Below are positions 1-17,170 of a DNA stretch of 64,000 nucleotides, piece after piece; position 1 is the stretch's first letter, and every line of letters begins with the position of its first letter. Both the position numbers and the translations under genes were made by a program. Source of the stretch: the human T2T-CHM13v2.0 reference genome, Homo sapiens; the NCBI RefSeq assembly GCF_009914755.1, contig NC_060927.1, one strand, 5' to 3'. The notes under the pieces were generated by a model, which ran no database searches, had not been told where the DNA came from, and saw only the letters and a list, made by a program, of their open reading frames with translations.

Positions 1-207
1 AAACAATTATCATAGCTTGATTTGTATTATAGTTACATACTGTCAACTTTCCCACCAAAGGGCGTGTTCCTAAAGGGCAGAGCTGTATTACTTCTACATG
101 TATAAAAAAATACTTCATGCAAAGCCTTACACATAGAATGAATGTAAGGGAAGGGTAACTATCTTTTACAGGGTGCCTACTCTAGGCTAAATACTGTATA
201 TGTTTAT

Positions 208-525
208 TGTATTGGCTACGACTCTACATAACAAACCATCTCAAAACTTAGTGGTTTGAAACAATAACAATTTATTATTTATGTACAGTTCTGTGAATTT
301 TTCTGGACTGAGCTGCCTTCAGTGAGTCTGAACAATAGTGTGAACTCCCTCACGTATCTGTGCCTTTGGCTAAAATGACTAAAATTCTGGGCTATCCAGG
401 CACTCTATCCACTGGGCCTCTCTCCACGTGTACTCGTATCATCTAGGAGGTTAGCCCTAGCTTCTTCATGCAGACTCCTATTTACATCATATTTGCTGAT
501 TTTTTTGCCCAAATCAAGTCATAAG
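208..525 (-). mobile_element. Old MaLR LTR (MLT1-type), degraded
   Basis: Starts TGTATTGG...ATAACAAACCATCTCAAAACTTAGTGGTTTGAAACAATAACAATTTATT, resembling the reverse-strand end of MLT1 LTRs. Boundaries approximate. Confidence 0.55.
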
Positions 526-729
526 TTGTTATGGGTTGAATTTTGTCCCTCCAAAAATATGTGCTGAATCCTAATCTTATTGAAAGATTCTACTTGGGCT
601 TATGAAGAAGCTATAATCAAGGGAAATAATCACTGATAAAAATACAGCCTCTCACATGTTACCAATCACCTGCATAGCTGTTTTTACTTTATTTTTTCCT
701 TTTTTAAAAATATAATGATGGTGACACTA

Positions 730-895
730 CCTTACACATAAGAGGTGCTTATTATGTGCCAGGTATTCTTCTAAACATGTGACACATTGTATCTGATTTA
801 GTCCTCCTAGGCGTTATAGTAGGATGTGAAAACTGAGACCCAGAGATATGGAGTAATGTATTCATGGTCACTAAATTAGTAAATGGTTACATTTG
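730..895. mobile_element. MIR SINE fragment
   Basis: MIR core-like motifs TATGTGCCAGG...GAAAACTGAGACCCAGAGA...GGTCAC...AGTAAATGG. Confidence 0.55.
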
Positions 896-2162
896 ACTAA
901 GTACTCTTTATTATCATTTAATGCTCTCTCCTTTAATTAATTATAAACCTTAGAATTTGAAACTTGTAGTCTTAACATTTTTTAAATGGGTTGAAAATTA
1001 TAAATGTCACAGGAAAGTATTTCTTTTGTAATGTATTTTATATTATCCAACTAAAAAGACTTGAGGAAGAGTAAAAACAGAGACCAAAACAAAACTTCCT
1101 TCATGCTCTTGCTATACTAAAGCAGTACAAACAGTTACCAGTGTAATATCTTAGCTGTTTATTAAATAAGAGAAATTGAATTTTGCCTCTTGGCCCTTGC
1201 AAATTGCATTTCACTTTGCACAGGGAACACGTCATAGTGTGCATTTAAGATCAGATTCAGAGGGACATACAGTATTTATTTGTGAGCAATATGTTACTTT
1301 TACATTAAAAAATTCAATAATGTTTTTACAATAAAATATTATAAAGTTGTAAGAAAATGCATTTCAGTTGAACTGACATGTGTTTAATGCTCCTAGTCTT
1401 GACAGTTTCAGAGATTTAAACACAAAAATTTAAAAGAATATTCCTTGAGAAGTTAGTAGATATCCTTCATACCAAGAAAGAATATCATATGTCAATAACA
1501 TGAAGGCTTACATAATTGCTTTCTCTGTACTAGTTATGAAATTTTAGAAGTTTGCTTTGTTTAATATTTTGGCCTAAATTATATTACTGATTTTTGGATA
1601 GATAATGAACACAGTGAATATTTTGAATAATAAAAACAGAGGCACAGATGTAAGTCTTTTTTCCTCCATCACCACATGCCTCTCAGATTTCCTCTTTAGA
1701 GATAACTACAGTTTCCAGTTTCTTGTGTATCCCTGGAGAGTTATTTCATGCAAATACAAGCAGTATTAAAAGATTTAAAGTGGATATTCTGTCATGTCAA
1801 GGAAAGGAAACACATTTAATAGCATATAGATTTTCATAATTATGTTCTTTCTTCCAAATATTGGTTTTAAGTGTTCCCTTTAGTAAAAGTAAATTGTATG
1901 ATGTATTTCTTAGTCTCAGGTTTCTTGGGTAATATTGAAATTATTAAGATATCTATGAGTACATGTATTCTAAAATATTTCAGTGGGTTTTATATTTTCA
2001 CGTCTTTGTGAGTCTCCTTGATTATTTTATAAAGTAGTTCTAGCTCAAATTCTTTTAAAATTTTCTATAGGCATAAAGATAATGACCCTATGTCTTATAC
2101 ATTTATTTCATATATGTAATAACTTTTATTTATTCATTACTGTTTGATTCTCAGAAACATGG

Positions 2163-2437
2163 CAATATGCTTTGGCTCTGTGTCCCCATCCAAATCTCAT
2201 CTTGAATTGTAATAATCCCCACGTGTTCAAGGCAGGACCACGTGGAGGTAATTGATTCATGGGGAAGTTTCCCCCATGCTGTTCTCATGATAATAAGTGA
2301 GTCTCATGAGATCATGATTGTAAGTTTCTTGAGGTCTCCCCAGCCATGCAGAACTGTGAGTCAGTTAAACCTCTTTCCTTTATAAATTGCCCAGTCTCAG
2401 ATATTTCTTCATAGCAGCATGAGAATGGACTAATACA
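2163..2437 (+). mobile_element. THE1-type MaLR LTR (THE1D-like) with ~100 bp internal deletion
   Basis: Begins ATATGCTTTGGCTCTGTGTCCCCATCCAAATCTCATCTTGAATTG and ends GAATGGACTAATACA. Only 275 bp long: GAGATC is joined directly to ATGATTGTAAG. Confidence 0.9.
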
Positions 2438-3626
2438 GTAAGTTGGTATCAAGGTAGTGCGGCACTGCTGTAAAGATGCCTGAAAATGTGGAAGCGACAT
2501 TGGAACTGGTAACAGGCAGAGGTTGGAACAGTTTGGAGGGTTCAGAAGAAGACAGAAAGAGGTGGGAAAGTTTGAAACTTCCTAGAGATTTGTTGAAAGG
2601 CTTTGAGCAAAATGCTGATAGTGATATTAAGAATGATGTCCAGGCTGAGGTGGTCTCAGATGGAGATGAGGAACTTCTTGGAAAATGGAATAAAGGTGAC
2701 TGTTCCTATGCTCTAGGAAAGAGTCTAGTGGCATTTTGACCTTGCCCTAGAGATCTGTGGAACTTCGAACTAGAGATAAATGATTTAAGGTATCTGGTGG
2801 AAGAAATTTCTAAGCAGCAAAGCATTCAAGAGGAAGCAGAGCATAAAAGTTTGGAAAGTTTGCAGCCTGGCAATGTGATACAAAACAAAAACCTCTTTTC
2901 TGGGGAGAAATTCAAACCTGCTGCAGAAATTTACATAAGTAACAAAGAGCCAAATGTTAATCACCAAGACATTAGGGAAAATGTCTCCAGGGAATATCAG
3001 ATACCTTCACAGCAGCCCCTCCCATCATAAATCCACAGGTCTAGGAGGGAGAAATGGTTTCATGGACCAGGTTCAGGGACCCCTGCTCTGTGCAGCCTTG
3101 GGACATGGTGTCCTGCATCCCAGCTGCTTCAGCTCCAGCTATGGCTAAGAGGGGCCAAGGTATAGCTTGGGCCATTACTTCAGAGGGTGCAAGCCCCAGG
3201 ACTTTGTTGCTTCCACATGGTGCTAAGCCTGTAGGTGCACAAGTCAAGAATTGAGTTATAGGAACATCTACCTAGATATCAGAGGATATATGGAAATGCC
3301 TGGGTGTCCAGGCAGAATTTTGCTACGGGGGGCGGAACCCTCAAGGAAAACCTCTGCGAGGACAGTATGAAGAGGAAATGTGGGATTGGAGCCCCCACAC
3401 TAAGTCTCTCTACTGAGGCACTGCTTGATGGAGCTGGGAGAAGAGGGCCACTGTCCCCCAAATTCCAGAATAGTAAATCCATGGGTGGCTTGCACCCTGC
3501 ACCTGGAAAAGCCGCAGGCACTCAATACCAGCCCATGAAAGCAGCCAGGAGGGAAGCTTTACCCTGCAAAGCCTCAGGAGCAGAGCGACCCAAGGCTATG
3601 GGAGCCCACCTCTCGCATCAGCGTGA
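2438..3626 (+). mobile_element. THE1 internal sequence, 3'-truncated, no second LTR
   Basis: Follows the LTR with AAAGATGCCTGAAAATGTGGAAGCGAC. ORF fragments MPENVEATLELVTGRGWNSLEGSEEDRK and EEISKQQSIQE are typical of MaLR-int. Ends at GCATCAGCGTGA. Confidence 0.9.
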
Positions 3627-4039
3627 AAATTATCTAATGAATACTAAATACTTAAAGAGCCTTTGCAAATATTTTCTAACAACATAAATTACCTTTAAAA
3701 TATTATTTTAAATTATTGCAACTCTAGCTTTGATAGTGATATTAGTACTGACATCTACACATGGTGTTGAGATATATACATGCTTTAGAAGAGAATTTCG
3801 TTTCAATTCAGAAACCATTGCCTCTATTCTGAAAACTGGGTAGATCTGCAGAGCTCTCTCTCAACTTATTAACTGTTTTTGTTTTGTATTAATTTAGAAA
3901 ATTTGGAAAGAGAACGTATTTTTCTAAGTAGTAGATTTCCTTCTTATTTACTACATAGTTTCATCTGATTCTTAATCATCTTACTATTTCAGGAAAAAAT
4001 AAACAGTCTGTGGTAGAAATGTAAGTGGCTGAGCAAGAA

Positions 4040-4190
4040 GATACATAAATAGATGGATGGTGAATAGATGATGACAGAGGTAGACATAGAAATGTAGATG
4101 TAGGCTAGGTACTGACAGATTTCCATCTCTACCTACACCTACACTATCTGTCTATCTATATGTATCTATCCAGCTATCTATCTATCTAAC
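4040..4190. repeat. Degenerate (TAGA)n tract followed by (TCTA)n tract
   Basis: TAGATGGATGG...GTAGATGTAGG, then CTACCTACAC...TATCTATCTATCTA. Confidence 0.6.
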
Positions 4191-4639
4191 TCAAGAAATC
4201 TCAAGTGCAGGAATTTCAGATCCATAGAACTGAGTTACTCATACTCCATGCATTCGACGTTATTGTTATCATCTTGTTCATTGTTGTTGTTCTAATGCTT
4301 TGGTCTTAAACCCTTGCTCAAATTTTCTTCCTCTTCCTGACATTGACACTCACTCTCCTGGATTCATTGATGTATACATACATGTCTACGTGATATATAT
4401 GTATACACAAATATATATGCTACTATTCAGAGTTTAATTATATAAATGCTTCAAACATGTTGATGTTTTTTGTCGTTTTTAATTCAATATATTTCATCCA
4501 AGAGTTTTATATATAGTGTTTGTTCTCTTTATAGTTGCTGAAAATTTGATTGGATCTATATAACATGTTTTGTTTTTATATTCTATTGTGGATAGGAAAT
4601 TAATATCTATGCTATACATTACTATCATATGCAATGTGT

Positions 4640-5081
4640 TGCCAAAGCTTTTTGTTCTGTAGGGCCATCTATGATTCGAAGCTCCCGTGCATGCAGGAGC
4701 ATCCCATTTCTAGAAAGAAATAAAAATTTTCTTGTTTTCTGCCTCAAAAAATGCAGAAGAAGCTTGCTCAATCAAAAAATGTGGGGAGTTAACACTTAAG
4801 AATTACCCTCAAGTGTAGGACTGAATAAATGACCCAAGCCCATCCTGGAGAGAACAATTCAGAAGTACCATTTCCATGCTTCCTCAGATGGGCAGTAAGA
4901 TAATTCAGCTCTAGTTGTCCACATAGATAACTGTCTCCATAAAATGTATTTTACTTCTTTTTCCTTTTTCTCTGTCACACTGTTCCCACTCCTTTTCTCC
5001 AAATTTTTTTAGATCGCTTTCCAGGTAAGCTAGCTTCACTCAAGTCCTTGTCACCGACTTTGAGAAGAATCAAATGATGAC
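4640..5081 (+). mobile_element. ERVL LTR16-like solo LTR, degraded
   Basis: 3' end ...GCTAGCTTCACTCAAGTCCTTGTC...GAAGAATCAAATGATGACA resembles the LTR16 3' terminus. Confidence 0.5.
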
Positions 5082-7649
5082 ACAATGTTATGACAGACCA
5101 TCCTACATATGTTTCCCTGTGAATTTATGTTGGCTTGAGGATGGTAGAGTAAAAATACCATCAATGTGAAATGTTGGATTATAGTCCCCAACCATAACTC
5201 CTACCTGTAATAGAATTACATATTCATGCCAGGAGTCATGTGACGTTGCAGTGCTTTCCCCTGCCATGTGCTCCTGTAGGATCACTGTCCCTGCATCAAT
5301 ACTGCACAGTTTAATAACTATACCTTTGCAATATTCCTCAAATATCTGGTAGAACAGGTTTCCTTCCTCCACCCTCACTGCATGGAATATCTTTTACAAA
5401 ATAACTTTAGTAATTTGTCAACTTTTATTATAACACACTAAATTAGGATCAGTTTTCCAAAATCCCTCTAAAATCCTGCTTCTCTGTGGAATGGAATTCC
5501 ACTGGGTTTTAGAAAAATTGACGGAAAATATGTATCCCTCCGATGTTAGTTTAGTATCCATGCAAACATAATAAAATTTTCAGTATGTTTAGGTCTTTTA
5601 AGAATAATATTTAATGGAGTTTTCAAATTCCAGCCAAGTACCTATAGACTCCCTACTCTAGGCAGAAGGCTTTTGCATGAGCTTTAAATGTTCTTTCCGA
5701 AAGGAAGAGACCCCAGCACTCTGATTAAAAACCCAGTGAATTTCTAATCTTCATAAAGCTCTCACTTTAAGCCTGATTTATTTAGGGATAGCTTTCTTTA
5801 TCAAGCTGACTATATACAATATCTCAATTTATATTTAATAAGCATTATAACTCCTGCTGTGTTGGCATTCCATAATATTACTTTTATAAATTGTATATAA
5901 TTATTTGATTAATACCCCCCAACTAGACTCAAGGGTTCATATGCCCATGTTGAAAAAATAAATAAATAGAGTTTACTTTAGACATTCCCCTATAATATTA
6001 TAGTGGATCAATTAGCCTGGAGTAGTAATTAATGATTATACACATAGGACAAAAGAAAACATCAGCTAGCCAATAAATATATTCATCTCAATTTAGTATA
6101 GTAGTCTTAACTTTGCACTTATCACTTTCATTAAAAATGCTTATAGTAGTTTTAGTGACATTTAGAAATGATTATCATAATATAGTCTGGTTAAACTCAG
6201 AGTAATAGCTTTGTTATTTACATATATGGGAAAAAAGTTCACCTACAACTAAATATGCTTGTTTCTCTTTTAGGTTCCTCAAAACTTGTTTAATAAGTCA
6301 TCTGTTTTTATTGCTTTCTTTGCCTTTCATCTTTCATTCATTTAATACTCAATGATACCACTAGCTTCTCTCTATTAAAAAATTTAATAAAAGATGGTGG
6401 ATAGTTGGGTTATTTTCACTCATTTTGTGAATAAGGCAACAGAGATCCATGAACATAAGAGACCCGGTCAAGGTAGCCCGGGTAATTTTTGTTGTAGCCA
6501 GGTGGAGAACCCCTACCCATCATTTGTTCACCACACTAAACCATGCCATTTCACCAGAATCGTAAAATTCTGGCCAAATGCGTAGTATTTTGCTCAGTTT
6601 TTACCTTTTGGTCATTTAATCAGTACTTGGCTGTGATGGCCATGCAAGCTTTCTTGAATTCTGTTGTTTCAGTTTCTCCAACCTTGAATCAGCCAGAAAG
6701 CACAACACGACCTTATTCCTACACCCTGCCCCTCTCTATCTATCTAACTTTCATTATGATCCGTATTTTCACAGCTTCACTCAGACTTTTTCTTCAAAAT
6801 CAGCAGATCTGTAGCTGTCTTTTCACACTTAGTTCCTCTAAGATCTTATCCATTCCTATGAACATAAGTTAGTGAATATCAGATCTGTATCTCAAGCTAC
6901 TTTATTCACTAAATGTTTTACAGTTAAGTCTGTAAGATTGTTAGAGTTGCCCAGCTGATATATTTTTGTACAGTTGAGCATAGTGTTATGGCAAGCTAAA
7001 AAAATGTCTTCATGTTTGAAAATAAGAACACTTATCAATGGAGGTAAAACAAATGATCTTTGCACAATTTATGTATTTAAAATTTCTAATGTATTTTTTT
7101 AGTATGAATCACTTCTATAGTCAGTTTTAATTTCACTCTCTTTTTCCCCTTAGGAACTCATCCAGTGTATTCTTATCCAACTTAGCAGAATGTTGCAGAT
7201 TAGTCAGGGTAAACTATTTTTCAATAAGCTAAAAATGAAAACAAATTGCTTTGCTCTATATAACTTTTAAAAATATGTATGACTATAAAGATGAGCTGCA
7301 TTTAATACTGAGTTTTACGTACCTAAATTTTGGGAGGATTGCTACCTGAACTGATTAAATCTACTTTCAAACCTTCACTATGAAGTCTGTACATGAGTTT
7401 CTTAGATTCTAGTACCAAATAGGAAGTTTTAAAAACAGTGACAGAGCTGATTATATTTTCCTGCCAGAGAAATAATCTCGCCCAATAGGAAAGGGATTTT
7501 CTTAAAAGCAAGCTAATTTGGAAAGAGAAAAGGGAGAGAAAAAGTAAAACCATACCCTGCTAAAGAGATGCTTAAACAGACAATAGCTGTAAATGGAGAT
7601 TCAGATATTGCTGTCAGGCCGTCTTAGTTACCTAAGGGTCAGCATTCTT

Positions 7650-8088
7650 TTTTATTTTCTTTTTTTTTCTTTTTGAGACGGAGTCTTGCTCTGTCGTCCA
7701 GGCTGGAGTGCAGTGGTGCAATCTTGGCTCACTGCAACCTCCGCCTGCTGGGTCAAGCAATTCTCCTGCCTCAGCCTCCCGAGTAGCTAGGATCACAGGT
7801 GCATGCCACCATGAATGGCTAGTTTTTTTGGTTTTTTTTGAAACGGAGTCTCACTCTGTCACCAGGCTGGAGTGCAGTGGTATGATCTCAGCTCACTACA
7901 AACTCCGCCTCCTTGGTTCAAGCGATTCTCCTGACTCAACCTGCCGAGTAGCTGAGATTACAGGCACATGCTACCACACCCAGCTAATTTTCGTATTTTT
8001 AGTAGAGGCGGGGTTTCACCATGTTGGCCAAGGCTGGTCTCGAGCTCCTGAGCTCAGGGATTATAGGCATGAGCCACCGCTCCTGGCC
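7650..8088 (-). mobile_element. AluS-type element with three arms (left + right + right) and a single TSD pair
   Basis: Two right-arm sequences (~7675-7822, ~7840-7986) and one left arm with a ~30 bp deletion. Flanked by GGGTCAGCATTCTT (7636-7649) and GGGTCAGTATTCTT (8089-8102). Confidence 0.9.
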
Positions 8089-8282
8089 GGGTCAGTATTC
8101 TTGACAAAGTAGTGTAGAGATATTGTGTAATACATTCACAGGAGTTAATTTAACTTTTATATTTTTAGACCTCCAGATTCCCTCTTTCAAAAAAAAAAAA
8201 TCATTGCTATGAAAAAGTAGAAACACTAATTTGTAAAATGTAATCTTACTATGAGCCAGACATTGAACTATAATTTATATAT

Positions 8283-8915
<633 letters not shown>

Positions 8916-9039
8916 TATATATATTTCATATAACTGTATAATATATGTGTGTTTATCTATAGTGGCAAATAAAATTATGAAGTCCTCACTTCTCGGGCAC
9001 TGATCCAAGTGTATTCACAAATATTAATTTAAAACAAAA

Positions 9040-9195
9040 TAACTATATCAGGTAGGTGCTATTATTGTAATCCTCATTTTATAGAAACTGTGGGGAAAAT
9101 AGATGAAGTGAATTCCCCACTGCTGAAAATTGGTAGAGCTAATATTTAAACCCCGCAATCTGGCTTGAAGACAATGTTCTTAAACACTATGCAGC
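9040..9195. mobile_element. MIR SINE fragment
   Basis: AGGTAGGTGCTATTATT...CCTCATTTTATAGA...GGTAGAGC...TCTTAAACACTATGC. Confidence 0.55.
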
Positions 9196-10433
9196 ATGGC
9201 TTTGTTTATAAGTCCCATATGATTTAATCTTGAGAATAACTTGACACAGTAGATAATTATATTGAATTCATTATCTAAATAAAGCATCTGAAAATTACTG
9301 AAGTTTAATTCATTTTAATGAGTACATGCCTATAAAGTTCTGAAGCAGGTACTTAGAGTTGCCTAACTTTATATCACATTCATCTAACAGCTATCAGATA
9401 AATAAACTCTACATTCCATTCCATTTTATATCTTGTAGGAAATGGTCTCATTCATGGTCATAAGTGCCCAAAATTTTATTAATTTTTATATATTTTCAAA
9501 GTACAATGTGTAGTTATTGCTTATACTAACATATGCATTTTCCTGTTGGAAAGCAGGCTTAAAGATGATATTTTCAATATGGAACAATACAGGTGATCAT
9601 AAACAGAATGTCACTTAACAAAGAAAACAGTTGAACATTTAGAACCTCTTATTAGCAAACATTAATTTTCACTTACTTTCACAAAGATTATAGGGTTGTA
9701 AAGGATTATGGTAGTAAAAATGAGCACTTAAGTTTCGTAATTGAATATTGGATTCCCTAGATGTGGTCTAAAATTTTAATGATTATCTTTAAATGTGCTG
9801 AGCACAAAGACTACTTTCTTAATCGCTCAGAGAAAACTGTCTAAAGCCCAGTCTTTTGCTTGTCTCTTTCCTGAAACATGAAAATTTAAGGGAAAAAATA
9901 ATAGTGTTAAGGATTTCATTAAAATTTTAATAAAGTGCTGGGCTTTTTTCAACATAGACATGCTTTGAAGTAAAGATATTTCAAATCTAGCATATTGCCA
10001 CAAAATTATTATTAAACCATTCTTTGAAGTTCCAGATGTTTGTAATTCCAGGAACTTACTTTGACATGATATAGAACAACTTCAGTAATGTAAGATATTA
10101 CTGTAAATTCAAAAATTCCCCAAATCCTTAAATTTAGGTATATTTCTCACTTAAAGACAAGAAAGTACAAACATTTTACCTATGTTTTGTGTTTAATGTA
10201 GCTCATAATGAAGAAAAATACAAGGGATATTAATGGTGGAAAGCTACATAATTAACAGCATGAACTTAGTTTGCTAAGTGATGTCAGACATTATAGCAAT
10301 AGCTAAGACAGAAATGTTATATTCACAATACAAAGGCAAAGTTGTAGGCAACTTTTCAAAGCATTTCCTATGTATATGGGTTATGTTTAATATTAGTAGT
10401 CTTGATTAATTATTTGTATTCCCAATTGCAGTT

Positions 10434-10946
10434 TGTTGGGAATAGGCCCCCCAAAATCTGGCCATAAACTGGCCCCGAAACTGGCTATAAACAAAATCTC
10501 TACAGCACTGTGACATGTTCATGATGGCCATAACGCCCACGCTGGAATGTTGTGGGTTTACTGGAATGAGAGCAAGGAACACCTGGCCCACCCAGGGCAG
10601 AAAATCGCTTAAAGGCGCTCTTAAACCACAAACAATAGCATGAGCGATCTGTGTCGTAAGGGCATGTTCCTGCTGCAGATAACTAGCCAGACCCTCCCCT
10701 TTATTTTGGCCCATCCCTTCGTTTCCCATAAGGGATACTTTTAGTTAATCGGATATCTATAGAAACAATGCTAATGACTGGCTTGCTGTTAATAGATACG
10801 TGGGTAAATCTCTGTTCAAGGCTCTCAGCTCTGAAGACTGTGAGACCCCTGATTTCCCACTTCACACCTCTGTATTTCTGTGTGTGTGTCTTTAATTCCT
10901 CTAACGCCACTGGGTTAGGGTCTCCCCGCCCAAGTTGGTCTCGGCA
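10434..10946 (+). mobile_element. MER9 solo LTR (HERV-K HML-3 family)
   Basis: 513 bp element from TGTTGGGAATAGGCCCCCCAAAATCTGGCCATAAACTGGCCCC to GGTCTCGGCA, with TG...CA termini and TSD CAGTT (10429-10433, 10947-10951). Confidence 0.9.
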
Positions 10947-10964
10947 CAGTTAATTTTGGTGCTG

Positions 10965-11280
10965 TGTATTTTTTACATTTTATTTTCTCCCAAATGTCTA
11001 ACTATGAAAACTTCTAAACATAGAGAAAAGATAAAAGAATCACTCAGTGAATATAGTAATACTCTATAACTACCACCTTTAACATTTACAAAAAAATTGT
11101 TAATTTTGATACATTTGTTTCATGATATATTTGACTATTCATTCTTCAATCATCTTATTTTTGATGTATTTATATACTTTATTCCCAAGTATTTACAAAT
11201 ACATACATTAAGTTGAGTTTCATATTTTGGAGGGGTAAAATTTACATGAAGTGGCATGCAAAAAAAATTAATCTAAGTGT
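10965..11280 (-). mobile_element. Ancient L1M 3' end fragment
   Basis: TATGAAAACTTCTAAACATAGAGAAAAG...AAAGAAT resembles the reverse complement of L1MC/ME 3' ends. Confidence 0.4.
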
Positions 11281-12394
11281 AATTTTAAGTCATCTTAGTC
11301 TTGTTTCTGCTTTAAGTTTTGCATCCTTCTTCTACAGCAGATGTCCCTGTTTCACTATAATTCATATCTTCTAAATGGCAAAAATCACAAAGAATTCTGT
11401 TGTTTCCTAGCCCTTAGCCAATATGCTATTTATTCTCATCGGGATACTAATGTGTCATTTAGCTTTGTTCTAGACTGTTCTCATCACATTCTTACAAGAA
11501 TATTGCACCAAAGGAGGCAGCCATCAACATTTAGTAGTAGCAGGGGCAAACAGAAACAAACACAAAAATGCCAAAGCACAAGATAATTAATTCCTAAATG
11601 AAAGGTCATTTATAATTGGGGTATACAAAAGTGACATTATGAAAATTAATAATCAAGACTTCATATAGAGGATCTATTTTCCTGACAAAAGGTACCCTAC
11701 ATGAACCTCAGTTGTATTATTATGTGCTATTAAAGGCCATGTTGTTAGCCTAAAGGCATGGTACATTGCTAATGTGAAATGTTGCCTGAGGTTTACAAAT
11801 GATAACACTTGATTTTTAACAAGCCACCCTACAAAATCAATTACCTCTGCTATAAATGAATTCTTATTGGCTTTATAAATAATTTACACTAAGGGTTATA
11901 TAGTACCAGAATGTTTCCATTGACCTCAAGAAGAATTTTGTCACTGTAGTCTTATGCCATCACTAAAGAGCATTTTTCATAGAGTTAAAAATTGACAAAA
12001 TACAATGCTTAAAATTTTAATATCTACAAAATGTATAATTTCTTTAATTTCCTAGGAAGTTCCATATTCATACAATTTTAATGTAACTTAGGGTCTAAAA
12101 CATCCCATCTCAAATTCTATCAATGGGTTTTTTCTAAAGGAGATCACAATAAATATGAAAAATATTTCTTTCACACTATGTATTAAAAAATATATTTCAA
12201 GATATCAGAGTGAATCAAACTCTTAGTGAATATCAAATATTGTTAGGGGAAGCTATAAATTGCTTATATGTACCATATTAGCTAAAAAAATGACATAAGA
12301 TTATGATCCTTCTTTGTATCTTGTCATCAGTTCAATAATGACAAAAAAAGTTTAGGCAAGTGCCAATTACAAATAAAGCTCTAAATGTAGTCTA

Positions 12395-15394
<3,000 letters not shown>

Positions 15395-15852
15395 GGTTTT
15401 TTTTTTAATCCAAATAAGAGGATCCTCAATATTTAGAAATTAAATGCTTTGTATTTTATCATTTATAATTCTTCAGAACCATTTTATTTTGCAGTCTCTC
15501 ACTTTTCATCATAGTACAAAAATTATTGCAAATTCTAAAATTAATGAAGGTAATCCAAACTCTGAGACTGAATTTCAGTGTTCATTTCAGGTCACCTTGC
15601 GATAGTCAACCCAGGATATTAGGTAAGCAGCCTCTTTCTCAGTTATAATCCATAAAGTCCAATAATGTTTAAAGGTAATTATTTTACTCCTGCTATGAAA
15701 CTTCCACATTTCAAAACTGTTAAATTCAAACAATTTTCATTTTAGCAAATGACACCATCATCTGTGTGACAAAATGATACTGTCTAAGGTAGCACAAAAG
15801 GAGCAAGCAAAAAGTGCAAGCCATTTAAACAAAAAAGATAAAGTGGATTTCT

Positions 15853-16167
15853 GTTTGTTTGTTTGTTTGTTTGTTTGTTTGTTTGAGACGGAGTCTAGTA
15901 GGGTCGCCCAGGCTGGAGTGCAGTCGCGCCATCTCGGCTCACTGCAACCTCCGCCTCCCCAGTTCAAGCGATTCTCCTGCCTAAGCCTCCTGAGTAGCTG
16001 GGACTACAGGCGGACGCGCCACCACGCCCAGCTAATTTTTTGTATTTTTAGTAGAGACAGGGTTTCACCATTTTGGCCAGGATGGTCTCGATCTCCTGAC
16101 CTCATGATCCGCCCGCCTCGGCCTCCCTAAGTGCTGGGATTACAGGCTTGAGCCACTGCGTCCGGCC
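15853..16167 (-). mobile_element. AluSc-like, full length, tail converted to (TTTG)n
   Basis: GGCCAGGATGGTCTCGATCTCCTGACCTCATGATCC, with TSD GGATTTCT (15845-15852, 16168-16175). Confidence 0.92.
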
Positions 16168-16989
16168 GGATTTCTAAAAAATAACAAATTCACCTAAATC
16201 CATAGTTTTATTCCAATGTGATATAATAGCACAGTAACTTTATTTAAAAGTAGGTAAGGATAATAAAACATCATCATGTATTACTGTTTTCTCATAAAAT
16301 AATAAAATAAAATATTCACTAACAAACAGTTGAAAAAAAGTATGTTTTTTTCAGAAAATGTACCAGCAAAGCCGTTTAAACTAAATAGTACCTAACACTA
16401 TGCAATAACTTTTTTTCCATTTAACGTAGGTTTATTCAGCAATAGTGTTATAGGCAATGTGGCATCCCGCTTTTAGGGAACAGAAGGAAGAATTGTGGGA
16501 GGTGAAGCTGTATATGTTAAGAGAAACTTTGAAATATTCTAGAAATAAAAATGCTGCTCATTCATCTGTTGACTTCTTCATGCTAAAAATAGTCTGTTGA
16601 TCTAGTTCATAAACGGATTTTATAGTAGATGCCAAAGCAAACTACCCTGCCCCAGAAGTCGATTTATTCATGAACCAAATCTAAAGATCTGTGCTGAACC
16701 AATTCAGCTTCGGAAGGAGAAAGCACATCTAGTTGGAACTGGCATTTGCCTAGGAGTTGGGCATTGAGTCAGCAATCTGACCTTAAACATCATTTCTCCT
16801 CTACTCTATCCTCTATTTTCTGAAAACTTCTTATGATTTTCACTTTGTTTTAGCATTGATAGTTGATAAATAATTATGTTATAGATCTCCAGGAGGTATT
16901 TGTCAGCCAAAAGGTCCAGTATTAGGCTACTGATTTGCAAATGACCAGGCGGAAGGACATGTAATTTAATAATTAAGCAAATTACTCTG

Positions 16990-17170
16990 GAGCCAGTGGA
17001 ATAACTCAAAATCCTGGCTCCACCATTTGCTACCAAGTTACTTGAAATAGTCTCTCTGTTGTCTCATTTGTAAGATAATTATAATTATAGGACATACCTT
17101 ATAGAACAATTGTAACAGGTATGTAAAATATACTTTAAATTCTTAGAACAGAGCGAGGTTCATGTTATAT
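16990..17170. mobile_element. MIR SINE fragment
   Basis: AAATCCTGGCTCCACCATTTGCTA...CAAGTTACTT...CTCTCTGT...CTCATTTGTAAGAT...CTTAGAACAG. Confidence 0.55.

Noticed and set aside
2476-3687. Cluster of ORFs (87, 77, 127 aa)
   Set aside because: These are broken pieces of the THE1 internal ORF, not a host gene.
4040-4190. TAGA and TCTA tracts facing each other as a functional hairpin
   Set aside because: Too degenerate for stable pairing and explained by simple-repeat decay.
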